This document shows, piece after piece, positions 1 through 12,049 of a stretch of 64,000 bases of DNA. The notes beneath the pieces are model-generated. The model ran no database searches, was not told the DNA's origin, and saw nothing but the letters and a program-made list of their open reading frames with translations. The position numbers were made by a program, and so were the translations under genes. The stretch spans positions 1,054,001-1,118,000 of the forward strand of contig NW_027362117.1 in assembly GCF_039654945.1 (NCBI RefSeq), given 5' to 3'. How positions within the stretch are numbered: position 1 is the first letter of the stretch; each line of letters begins with the position of its first letter. This DNA comes from Dendrobates tinctorius (Eukaryota).

Positions 1-900
1 AGGGGTCGGGAGGACGATACACCACCGCCACTCGCATGGAGAAGGGGGTGTAGAGTCTGACGGCATGGACCTCAAAAGAAGGGAAGACAAGTGAGGGTAC
101 TTGAGGGATAACCTGAAAGGTACATTTTGGTGATAGGAGCAGACCAACGCCTCCACCAGCTCTACTGTCTGATCTTGGGGTATGAGAGAAGTGTAGTCCC
201 CCGTATGAAAGAGCAGCAGCAGCGGTAGTGTCTGACTGCTGGATCCAGGTTTCAGTAAGAGCCAGAAGGTTAAGAGAATTTGAAAGGAAGAAATGAGTGA
301 AGGAGAGTTTGTTACACACTGAGCGAGAATTCCAAAGGGCACAATTAAGAGAGACAGAAGGCAGGCAGGGAATATTAATAAGATTAGAGGGGTTTCTGAG
401 TGCAGCAGTTGTGGGGTTTGACTTTCTGTAACATGGGGGACCAGGGTTGGGAGCAATGTCTCCTGCGACTAGGAGAAGGAGGATAGAAAGAGTGAGCAGA
501 TGGTTAAGTGATTTGTGAGAGCGTCTCTGATGTTGAATGGTGGGACTGACTGGATCTGTGCAACTTAACAATGTGAAAAGAGCGTGAGTGCTATACATAG
601 GAGAGGAAAGGAGTGAGGGGCTGATATGGATGAAGTATAGAGAGTTAATGCCAGGGCGGTGGATGTGTGTGAATGCAGCGGCAAGATATAAATTCAAATG
701 CATATGGTATATATTTGTTGTAATCCAAATGTACAGGGGATAGATGTCTTTAAATGTCTTACCTGCCTCCTGCCCTGTCTCACTGCCATGTTATAACTGC
801 CTCATACTTTGATCAAATGTACTTCGATTAAATGTGCATAAATGCCCCCTGCATAAATGCTCCCCCAAGCTAGGTCTGAGTATATAGCAGGCTAAGGCTT
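1..900 (-). mobile_element. L2-clade LINE, 5' portion (runs off the left edge): leader, 2A-like motif, APE endonuclease
   Basis: The minus frame is open from ATG 703 to base 1 (absent from the ORF track because it is edge-truncated): ...LLLLVAGDIAPNPGP...CALWNSRSVCNK...LLALTETWIQ...GGGVGLLL...FEVHAVRL...VVYRPP. Bases 1-152 are near-identical to 60482-60632. The 5' boundary is approximate. Confidence 0.88.
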
Positions 901-1297
901 AGATATTTTTTTTTTTTTTGTTCTCTCTTCTCGTTAATCAGTCAAACTAAACTAAGACAGCCGGGCACAATAAATGTTGGGCTCAGATAAACCAGTGTCC
1001 AGGCCTACATGCATCATAAACCACTTTGAAAAGTTTCTTGACCTCACAACATAAGGGGACAAGCAGAGTAAGTTGAAATAGCTATATACCAGATATAAGC
1101 TTTCATAGTTGAAAAGACATATTTAGCATTCAGGATTAACTGCTTGCTGACATTGAAGTAGCACACAGTAGCAATCAGCCTACTTGTTGATGGTTTCCAT
1201 GTAGTAACAGATGTTTGATAAATAAATAATAAATATTATTTAGAAGGTCACATTAACTAAAGATCACATAAAAAACAGTACCATGTATGATATTCAT

Positions 1298-2478
1298 AGA
1301 TACACAGCTCAGCAGACAAGTATCACACAGGAGAGGATTAGATAACACGGCTCAGTAGACAGTATCACACAGGAGAGGATTAGATACACAGCTCAGCAGT
1401 CAGTATCACACAGGATAGGATTAGATACACGGCTCAGCAGTCAGTATCATACAGGAAAGGATTAGATACACGGCTCAGCAGTCAGTATCACACAGGATAG
1501 GATTAGATACACGGCTCAGCAGACAGTATTACACAGGATAGGATTAGATACACGGCTCAGTAGTCAGTATCACACAGGATAGGATTAGATACATGGCTCA
1601 GCAGACAGTATCACACAGGAGAGGATTAGATACACAGCTCAGCAGTCAGGATCACACAGGATAAGATTTGATACACGGCTCAGCAGTCAGTATCACACAG
1701 GAGAGGATTAGATACACAGCTCAGCAGTCAGTATCACACAGGATAGGATTAGATACATGGCTCAGCAGACAGTGTCACGCAGGAGAGGATTAGATACATG
1801 GCTCAGCAGTCAGTATCACACAGGATAGGATTAGATACACGGCTCAGCAGACAGTATCACGCAGGAGAGGATTAGATACACGGCACAGCAGTCAGTATCA
1901 CACAGGAGAGGATTAGATACACAGCTCAGCAGTCAGTGTTACACAGAATACGATTAGATACACGGCTCAGCAGACAGTATCACACAGGATAGGATTAGAT
2001 ACACGGCTCAGCAGTCAGTATCACACAGGAGAGGATTAGATACACAGCTCAGCAGTCAGTGTTACACAGAATACGATTAGATACACGGCTCAGCAGACAG
2101 TATCACGCAGGAGAGGATTAGATACACGGCTCAGCAGTCAGTATCACACAGGAGAGGATTAGATACACAGCTCAGCAGTCAGTGTTACACAGAATACGAT
2201 TAGATACACGGCTCAGCAGACAGTATCACACAGGATAGGATTAGATACACGGCTCAGCAGTCAGTATAACACAGGAGAGGATTAGATACATGGCTCAGCA
2301 GTCAGTATCACACAGGAGAGGATTAGATACACGGCTCAGCAGTCAGTATCACACAGGAGAGGATTAGATACACGGCTCATCAGTCAGTATCACACAGGAG
2401 AGGATTAGATACATGGCTCAGCAGTCAGTATCACACAGGAGAGGATTAGATACATGGCTCAGCAGTCAGTATCACATA
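1298..2478 (+). repeat. 39-bp minisatellite, about 30 copies
   Basis: Unit GATACACGGCTCAGCAGTCAGTATCACACAGGAGAGGATTA in tandem. Confidence 0.95.
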
Positions 2479-3359
2479 TGCCTTAAATACAGGAAGCAGG
2501 ACCAGAACTTTCTGGAAATGCTCCTAAGTAATTGGCACTCTGGATAATGACCATGACTTCGTTAGATCTAATTATTGCCCTGGATCTTCGGTGAAGCGGC
2601 TTTTGGACTTTGCGGGATGATTTTAAGCTCTTCTATCACCGTTAATTGTGCTCAGCAGCCGTGCAGGGATAATGTTGGTAATAAGTGGATGAGGGGCTGA
2701 GCTCATTGTCGTCACCATCACGGTGCAGACTATTTTGGTTGCTGTGAATCCCCCCATGTTTGCCCCTCACAATCCTCCTGATATAACAGACTTCAGTCCA
2801 AAGTAAAACACAGGAAAACCCAAACTCCAATATCTGGATCTCAGGCAGCAACGAGCAAAATAGAAAAATATCTCTAATCTGGAATCAGTCATCATGGAAG
2901 AGCGGAGAAAAGAAGTCCCCAAAAAAGAAACGTTTGATACAATATCTGTTATTTTTTCATTCCCTTCCTAATATTAGACAAATGGGGTTCCCAGACCCTC
3001 ATATAGGACCACGTGTATGAGAGTTAATGATGTCACAGCCACAATCTCATTATTTCCTGTCAGGTAACTACAACTGCAGGTGATTCCTTGTTCTGCTGCT
3101 GCTCTCTGTTATCATCCAACAGAAAAATATTAACAATCTGCTATAAAGATCATCAGTCACATTAATATCTCAGTAATAAACACCTGAAAGACAAAAGTTT
3201 TGCGACTGACACAAGTTTAGGTTTTCACATTTTGCCTCTTCAGTGTTTTCACTCTTTAGTTGCTGTTTCTATGGTTACTGACGGGTAATTCTAAACATTC
3301 CGCACCTTGTTACATTTTAATGACAAATCCATGAAGTTCCTGTGATGCCTCAATATTCC

Positions 3360-3620
3360 CACTCCTGCCCCTTATCCTCCACGCTCCTGACCCTTATTCT
3401 CCAGAATTCTGCCCCTTATCCTTCACACTCCTGACCCTTATCCTCCACGCTCCTGCCCCTTATTCCCCACGCTCCTGCCCCTTATTCTCCACGCTCCTGC
3501 CCCTTATTCTCCACGCTCCTGACCCTTATCCTCCACGCTCCTGCCCCTTATTCCCCATACTCCTGCCCCTTATCCCCCACACTCCTGCCCCTTATCCCCC
3601 ACACTCCTGCCCCTTATCCC
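3360..3620 (+). repeat. About 21-bp minisatellite
   Basis: Unit like CTCCTGCCCCTTATCCTCCACG, about 12 copies. Confidence 0.9.
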
Positions 3621-4759
3621 CGAGACTAAGAGAATAGTTCTCATCAATGGAGGGGGATCACTCACTATTATGCCTAAGAACAAGGCTATACATAAAGACG
3701 TCAATCTAATCATCCTCTATGAACAACTTCTCCCATCATCCAGGACAATGTGGAGATGATGCTTTTCCCCAATGATGGAGATCAGGTCACAAGACAAACG
3801 TGAGAACTAAGTGGTCGGGGAACAAAACACTGACATTATGTGTCCACGGCCAGAAACTCCCAGATCTCATCTCACTGAGAACCTGCGGTCAGTCCTTAAA
3901 AAGTGACAAACAAAACCCAGAAATTGTGATAAACTCTGAGCTCTGATGAGACCAGAACGGGCGACCATCAGTGAGGATCTGCCCAGAAGCCGATATCCAG
4001 CTGCCGGGGGAAGGGCAGAAGTCAGAAGTCTGGAGAATAAGGGGCAGCGCTGGGGATATTGAGGCATCACAGGAACTTCATGGATTTGTCAATAAAATGT
4101 AACAAGGTGCGGAATGTTTATAATTGTCTGTCAGTAACCATAGAAACAGCAACCGAAAGAGAAAAAATACTGAAGAGGCAAAATGTGGAAACCAAAATCT
4201 GTATCAGTCTCAGAACGTTTGGCCGCGGCCATACAATGTGTCTCCAATGACTGATATAGCCTTTTGAATATTATATAACGTGACATAAATAATATTATAT
4301 TACTTCATAACATATATTGTGAAATGTCGGGTTACATTTTATGAGGCTATATTACTTTATGCTACATTGTTATATATGATGTATTACTGCTTCCTACAAG
4401 CAAATGCATTGTGTTATGTCCAGTTATATAATATCTTATTACACTTCTTTGCATCATGCTATGGTATATTATATGGTATGTCTCCTGGATGCAATACCAT
4501 CATCACCCAACTTTCCTGAACCCCAATCCCCCCTGTATCTGTCTGCTATCAATGGTATGTCTCCTGGCTGCTTTCTCACCGTATTTCCTTGATGCTAACA
4601 CACACTTGGCCTTATCTGTCCATGTGAATCTATCTCCTTTCTGCATTTTCTCTTCTGACTTCTAATTAATTGTCTCCAGTGTCTGTGTCCAGTCTTCCTG
4701 CTGCTCCTCCCTTCTGATCACACCTGGGCCTTTTCATGTGCTGTTAAGTTGCTATAAAT

Positions 4760-7298
4760 TGAGAGGCACAGGTCTGTCTATTTTAAGGATGACATCAGAA
4801 ATATGCCAGAAGTGACCAGAAGGTACGACTAACCACTGTGTTTACATGTACTAAATTTATTTTGCCTTCACACTTACTCTCACCATGCAGACACACGCTC
4901 TAACAGTTTTGCCTTCATTACTCCTCACTCTCCTTCGCTGTCCACAAACCCCAGCACCCACTACCCAAATAATAATCTCTCCTTCCCTCTTACCTCCCCT
5001 CCTGAACTGCTCCTCAACCTCAGAGCTCTCCTAATAAAATACAAACCAAGCCACCCACCCTCCTTCTCCCACATGCTCTCCCTCTCTCTGCTTCTCCTCT
5101 CTGCTGGGGACATATTTCCCAACCCTGGACCCCCACAGCCCATACCTCCCATTATTACCCCCTTCTATCGTTCCTAACCCAATACAAACATCAGAAATCT
5201 TTCCCACCTCAAATCCGTGCCCTTGACAACCACCACCCTGCTCCCACTCTCTGGATCACTCTGGATTTGCCCGCTCTGTCTGCATTAAACTCCATGTGAT
5301 TCACAACCTCTCATAATTTTTCCTTCCTTGGCCTCACCGAAACATGGCTGACACCCTCCGGCACCACCTCCCCTGCTGCGCTATGTTAGGAAGGCCGCCA
5401 CTTCACCTACACTCCTCGCCCTGGCAACAGACATGGTGGAGGAGTAGGCCTTCTCCTTTCTTCCAACTGTACCTTCAACCCAATCCCACCACTACCCTCC
5501 CTTATCCTCCCCTCTTTTGAAGTCCACTCTGTCCTCATCTACTCTCCCTCTAACCTCCAAGTGGCCGTCATATACTGACCTCCAGGCCTGACCACTGCCT
5601 TTTTTGACCAATTCTCCACCTGGCTCCTTCACGTTCTCTCTGCTGACATTCCCACCATCATCATGGGTGACTTCAACATCTCCATTGACACCCACCAGTT
5701 GGTAGCCTCCAAACTCCTGTCCCTTACTTCATCTTTTGGACTTACTCAGTGGTCCTCCTCAGCCACTCACACAGACGGACACTTATTAGACCTCGTCTTC
5801 ACCCGTCTCTGCTCTCTATCTAACTTCACCACCTCCCCTTTCCCTCTATCTGACCACCATCTACTCAATTTCTCATCCCTGTCCTCCTCTCCTGTCACCC
5901 ATGTCCAGCAATGTGCACACCCCCCGCAGAAACCTCGCACACCTAGATGCCCACACGCTCTCTGACTCTATCCTACCACTTTCATCCATATCTTCACTCC
6001 ACGACACTGACACTGCTTTCTACAATGCCACTCTCGCATCAGCCATCGACTCGGTGGCCCCTGTCATGCACAACATACTCCTCCTTTGGCATCAAAGACC
6101 TCGCCCTATCCTGGATCTCCTCATACCTTTCCAACAACACATTCAGCATCTCCCACTCCCACACTACCTCCTCATCCCACCCACACTCTGTTGGAGTCCC
6201 CCAAGGCTCTGGTCTAGGACCCCTACTCTTCTCAATCTATACACTTGGCCTGGGGCAACTCAAAGTCCCATGGATTCCAGTACCACATCTATGCCGATGA
6301 CACTCAGATCTACCTCTCTGGCCCAGACGTCACCTCTCTGCTGTCCAGAATCCCGGAGTGTCTATCAGCCTTTTCCTCCTTCTCCTCTCGCTTCTTCAAA
6401 CTCAATGTGGACAAATCTGAACTGATCATCTTTCCCCCCATCTCACAGATCCTCCTTACCTGACGACATCATCCTTCAAACCGCACATCCAAGCTCCCTC
6501 CACCTCCTGTCACCTCCAGCTCAAAAATATTTCCAGAATTCGTCCAGTCCTCAACCCTCATTCTAGTAAAATGCTTGTGCATGCCCTCATCATCTCCCGC
6601 CTCGACTATTGCAACATCCTTTTCTGTGGCCTCCCTGCTAACAACCTTGCACCTCTGCAGTCCATCCTCAACTCTGCTGCCCAACTAATTAATCTCTCTC
6701 CCTGCTCCTCCTCCGCTTCTCCCCTCTGCAAATCTCTTCACTGGCTCCCATTCCCTCAGCGTATCCAGTTCAAATTACTAATACTGACCTACAAGGCCAT
6801 CTATAACCTGTCTCCCCCATATGTCTCTAAACTAATCTCCCGATACCTTCCCTCACGTAATCTCTGGTCCTCCCAAGACCTCCTTCTCTCCTCCATACTT
6901 ATTCGCTCCTCACCCAACCGCATCCAAGACTTCTCCAGAATATCCCTCTTCCTCTGGAATTTTTTGACCCAACACGTCCGACTATCAACCAAATTTGGAT
7001 CCTTCAGATGGAACCTGAAAACCCACCTCGTCAGGAAAGCCTACAGCCTGCAATAACCCCGCTGCCTCCTCACTATCACCAGAGCTACCGCCTCACCATC
7101 ACCAGAGCTACCGCAACCCCCCCAACCTACTGTCTCCTTCCCCACCATCCTGTAGCATGTAAGCCCGAAAGGGCAGGGTCCTCTCCCCTCTGTATCAGTC
7201 TGTCATTGTTTGTTTACTGTGATATTTGTAATTTGTATGTAACCCCTTCTCATGTACAGCACCATGGAACCAATGGTGCTATAGAAATAAATAATAAT
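4760..7298 (+). mobile_element. Degenerate, internally deleted L2 LINE (second subfamily)
   Basis: EN motifs (LGLTETWL, MGDFNI, LDLVF, SDHHL), RT motifs (GVPQGSGLGPLLF, YADDTQIY) and the L2 C-terminus (SRLDYCN, LHWLP, KTHL). Frameshifts and stops, with deletions near 6070 and 6460. Ends GGTGCTATAGAAATAAATAATAAT. The 5' boundary is approximate. Confidence 0.9.
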
Positions 7299-7817
7299 TA
7301 TATCGTATTGCCAGGTTCTACTACTATATTAATATACATTATACTGTATATTACTAGGTAGATTATACTCTGTTGTGTTGCCATACAGTACATTGTATTA
7401 GTATGTAAACATGCTGTGACATCAGGTTATCCTACTCTATGAGGCTACATGATACAATGTTGTATTCATGTATTACATGTAGTACATTGTATTACGTTAC
7501 GGTATATTCTATGACTATTCCTCGTAGTTACGCTCAGTGGCTGCTTTACACCGGACTCGTCCTACTGTCGCTCTCTGCAGATCTACATCCGATCTCTGGA
7601 TGATTTCCAGGATTTTCCCGGAGCTCCTACATCCAATAGATGATTATTCCTCGAATCCTTGTAATCAATAACCAGTGAATATCGGGGCGATCAATCTGCA
7701 CGGGTCACATGATCCTCAGATGCCAGAACGAATTCTCGTTATCTTGATATATGACAGGTTTATATTTCTCCCGTAGCTCATAATATAATCGGTGCGATCC
7801 CCTCCGCTGATACTCAC

Positions 7818-7960
7818 GCTGCTCCACGCGCTGCACACCGCGACTCCTGCTGCTCCACCGGCTGATCCTGCAGATATACTGTGCCGACATTGAGCCGATT
7901 ATCCCGAGATTATCGCCAGCAGCCAATTAGATAATATGGAGCTTCGTGACCTTTGATGGG
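7818..7960 (-). promoter_or_regulatory. Candidate photoreceptor promoter and non-coding first exon (possibly PDE6H)
   Basis: Minus-strand donor GC|GTGAGTA (GT at 7817-7816), TATA-like AGTATATCT at 7880-7872, two TAATC sites (7897-7901, 7908-7912), CAATTAG at 7924-7930. The position fits the PDE6H/ARHGDIB head-to-head synteny, but no PDE6H coding exon is in the window. Confidence 0.4.
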
Positions 7961-8197
7961 CAGAGACGCTGCTCCACGAGTCTGTGTTTCATACCCCCAC
8001 CTGTGGTCTTATAGCCTGGAACTATAGGCAGGTGATGTGTGCAGAAAAATGGAGGAAATCGCCTAAATGGCAATTCCCCCACATCTCCACATTAATTATT
8101 TTCTGATGACATCAGCGTTAAAAGTAGAAGCCGGCACAACCCTTCTGCTGACTACTAATGGGATACAAAAACTCTGCCAGTGAATGGAAACAGTTTA

Positions 8198-8669
8198 GGC
8201 TATGTTCACACGCTACGTTTTTGCGGCTTTTTTCCTGCAGGTAAAACCTACTTGAAGCTGCTACAAAAAAAGCGAATCTTGCTGCAGGTTTTTTTTGCTG
8301 CGTTTTTGTTGTCTCTTGTGCATGCTGATAAAGTTTAGTGACCCCGAAAGAATCATGATGCAACTTCCTAAAATTGATACCTGCGTTATTTGATGCTTTT
8401 TTTGCACTTACACATTGTTTCCTATGGGTGAAAAAAAATCACTGCAAATACGCAGAAAAAACGCTGCAAGTAGTGACTGCTGCAGTTTACAAAAAAGCAG
8501 CAGTTTCCCAAATGAATCAGGAAAAAAAAAAAAAAACAATGCGTGGATGAGATTTCTGAAGTCTCATAGACTTTGCTGGTGCTGGAAAACGCAGCTTAAA
8601 ACCTGCATGAAAAAGCAGCAAAAAAAAAAAAAAAAAAACACTGCAAAGACACAATGTGTGAACATAGCC
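8198..8669. mobile_element. PIF/Harbinger-type MITE
   Basis: TIR GGCTATGTTCACAC / GTGTGAACATAGCC, with TTA on both flanks. Confidence 0.85.
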
Positions 8670-8792
8670 TTAGAAGCAGAATAGTCACTTCTGAGTGTTT
8701 GTTACATTGTAATATATAAGCCAAAAGCATCAATATTATAAATCCCCCTTGTCCTGAACTCTGATCTACACTGATACATTGTAACAACCCAT

Positions 8793-10450
8793 TAAAGCAC
8801 AACATTCCCAATGAATAATTTGGACAGCTAGATCTCATCACCAGTCCAAAAGAAGAAAAAAGTACCAGCTCAGAAACAATCAGTGTCAGAGGAGAAAGAA
8901 AGAGCCAGTGGGATCTTGAGCATTATAAATAAAAATCAATGTTTATTTTTAAATAGTTAGTAATAGTAACACATCTGAATAACAATACACAGGTACCAGT
9001 GAAAAAAATGCAGAGAGGAAAACTATCCCCAAGTGCCCCGTTACCTCTCCCACAAACTGGAAACTTATCACAGGTTTATCATGATCACAGTAAACCAGAG
9101 AAGTGAATATTAGATCAGAAAGAGTAACAGCAAAGGTAATGCTGACCAGACTGAGCTTATAGTATTATCGAGCGAATCAAGAGCTCAGTATGGGATAGAG
9201 TAAATGGTCATGTTTACCAAGGAGAGAGGACAGGCACCAGGTGGAGGGTGTGAGGCTCCCCGACGCGCGTTTCGCGGCCATGCAGAGCCGCTTTCTCAAG
9301 GGGAAGTAAAGCTAGGTCCAAATCGGACCTTCAAGTGACCCCGCGAACTAGGTCACATGGGTATCTGTGACCATGGCGTAAAGACGCCCCGATGCCAGCA
9401 GGGCCCCAACGGAAGCGCTGCCATGCACACCGCCATTCAATGGAGGGCCATAAAATAAAAAAAAGTGTGGAGGAAAGAGGGAAGGGAAATATAAATGAGC
9501 TCATATAAGTAGAAAATAGAGTCCATATGTAGCAGCAATACATTATAGAAGGAGCAATACATGTGTGAGTAACTACTATAAAAAAGACAATTGTGTCATT
9601 CAAAAAACACCATTAATAATAAAAGCTGATACAGATGAATCGATATTTTCACAGAAGATCATGAATAAACTGTGTCCTCCTTGTTGGAAAATCCACAATC
9701 CCTTCCATTAAATGGTTAATTTCAAAGTCTCACCGGAGCTAGATGGATGGAAATGATGAAACATCAACAGAGTCACTGGTAAAATAGAAACAAAAATAAC
9801 ATAAAAATCAAAACATGTTAAAAGATAATGAATTAAAAACACAACACATTCTCCAGATCGGGAATAGCAGGAGGGATATAAAAGAACGCCGCAAGGACTG
9901 ATGAGGGGTTTATAGAAATGGGGCAAAACTTAGGGACTCATTCCGACCATTAGGTGTGACTGTCCGGAAGCACAATCCACCTGGCTTCAGTTTGGGCAAG
10001 GAGTTTTTTTATTGTCTCCACCTCTGATCCCAAGGTGGAGGGCCTCGATCCCCCTAACGCTAAGTAACTCAACATCACAATTGTGTTGGGCCTTAAAACG
10101 CCGGGGGATCGCCTGTAGCTCCCTGATATCGGTAGCCATTCTGGCTGCGCCAATATCCCGCACCCAGAGCTCCCTAGTAGTGAGACCAACGTAGATCTTG
10201 GGGCATGGCCAGGTAGCATAATATATAACATTGGTAGTCGCACAAGAAAGACGTTGATAAACCTGTGATATGTTTCCAGTTTGTGGGAGAGGTGACGGGG
10301 CACTTGGGGATAGTTTTCCTCTCTGCATTTTTTCACTGGTACCTGTGTATTGTTATTCAGATGTGTTACTATTACTATTTAAAAATAAACATTGATTTTT
10401 ATTTATAATGCTCAAGATCCCACTGGCTCTTTCTTTCTCCTCTGGCACGG
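8793..10450 (-). mobile_element. Penelope-like retroelement, 5'-truncated, with inverted pLTR segment
   Basis: GIY-YIG remnant at 10255-9950 (NVIYYATWPCPKIYVGLTTREL...EARWI). About 200-bp inverted repeat, 8880-9081 vs 10255-10450. Hammerhead-like motif at 9255-9307. Flanking 15-bp near-duplication ATTGTAACAACCCAT (8778-8792) / ATTGTAGCAACCCAT (10451-10465). Confidence 0.85.
9255..9307 (-). ncRNA. Minimal hammerhead ribozyme-like motif (Penelope type, U3-A8 variant)
   Basis: Minus strand: CTTCCCC-TTGAGAA-A-GCGGC tctgcatg GCCGC-GAAAC GCGC GTC-GGGGAG. Stems I and II pair, stem III is palindromic, GUC triplet. Confidence 0.7.
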
Positions 10451-11137
10451 ATTGTAGCAACCCATCAGCTGTGCTGACATGACTCCACCGAAAGAGGAAT
10501 GTTTCTGGTCACTGACTGCAACTAAAGAGCCAGAAAATAGTGAAGAGAAATTGAAATAATAGTGAAATGTGTCAGGATTTCTTATGACCTGATGGACTCG
10601 TCCTGTAATATTTAAAGGAACAGCGTCTATAAACACTTGATGAAATCTGTCTCCCTTTCATGCAGGTCTGATCAGTGGGAGATTCGGATGCGACATCACA
10701 GATCCAGAGATCACTCCCCATTAAGGGATTTACATTTTCCTTTATAGTCGGGCGACTATGAGACAAAGAAAAATTAGCAACTGATGCTGATGTCAGAGGT
10801 GCCTGACATACAAATATATTGTACAGGCGTTCATAACGATGATATTATTATTATTTTCAGCCCCCTCCAGTCTCCGCAGGATCACACTCATCAGTTCCTC
10901 ATTAGCCGATGATCAGAAGTGATCGACCTCCCGCATCACGATATTATCGCCAGATCACGAGAGACGAAGATGACAGCAAAAAGAAATCATCCAGAAACTC
11001 CTGATCTCTGCAAGATAACAACAAGATAAGGCCCAACGGCTGATACTGCAACTACAACCCCCGTCATCACATGCTATTATATGATGAAATCATTGCTACG
11101 GATCTGCTGCTTCCTACACCCTGTGATGTCTCCACAA

Positions 11138-12035
11138 CTGTGTATCTAATCCTATCCTGTGTGATACTGACTGCTGAGCCGTGTATCTAATCCTATCCTG
11201 TGTGATACTGACTGCTGAGCCATGTATCTAATCCTATCCTGTGTGATACTGACTGCTGAGCCGTGTATCTAATCCTATCCTGTGTGATACTGACTGCTGA
11301 GCTGTGTATCTAATCCTATCCTGTGTGATACTGACTGCTGAGCCGTGTATCTAATCCTCTCCAGTGTGATACTGTCTGCTGAGCCGTGTATCTAATCCTA
11401 TCCTGTGTGATACTGACTGCTGAGCCGTGTATCAAATCCTATCCTGTGTGATACTAACAGCTGAGCCATGTATCTAATCCTATCCTGTGTGATACTGACT
11501 GCTGAGCCGTGTATATAATCCTATCCTGTGTGATACTGACTGCTGAGCCGTGTATCTAATCCTCTCCTGTGTGATACTGTCTGCTGAGCCGTGTATCTAA
11601 TCCTATCCTGTGTGATACTGACTGCTCAGCTGTGTATCTAATCCTCTCCTGTGTGATAGTGACTGCTGAGCCGTGTATCTAATCCTATCCTGTGTGATAC
11701 TGACTGCTCAGCTGTGTATCTAATCCTCTCATGTGTGATACTGACTGCTGAGCCATGTATCTAATCCTATCCTGCGTGATACTGACTGCTGAGCCGTGTA
11801 TCTAATCCTATCCTGCGTGATACTGACTGCTGAGCCGTGTATCTAATCCTCTCCTGTGTGATAGTGACTGCTGAGCCATGTATCTAATCCAGTCCTGTGT
11901 GATACTGACTGCTGAGCTGTGTATCTAATCCTATCCTGTGTGATACTGTCTGCTGCTGAGCCATGTATCTAATCCTCTCCTGTGTGATACTGTCTGCTGA
12001 GCCGTGTATCTAATCTTCTCCTGTGTAATACTGTC
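11138..12035 (-). repeat. 39-bp minisatellite, same family as 1298-2478, inverted, about 23 copies
   Basis: Unit GTGTATCTAATCCTATCCTGTGTGATACTGACTGCTGAGCC is the reverse complement of the left array unit. Confidence 0.95.
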
Positions 12036-12049
12036 CCCTAGAACCACAT

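Noticed and set aside
900-7800. PDE6H coding exons
   Set aside because: I could not find KFKQRQTRQF or ITVICPWEAF-like sequence on the minus strand by eye.
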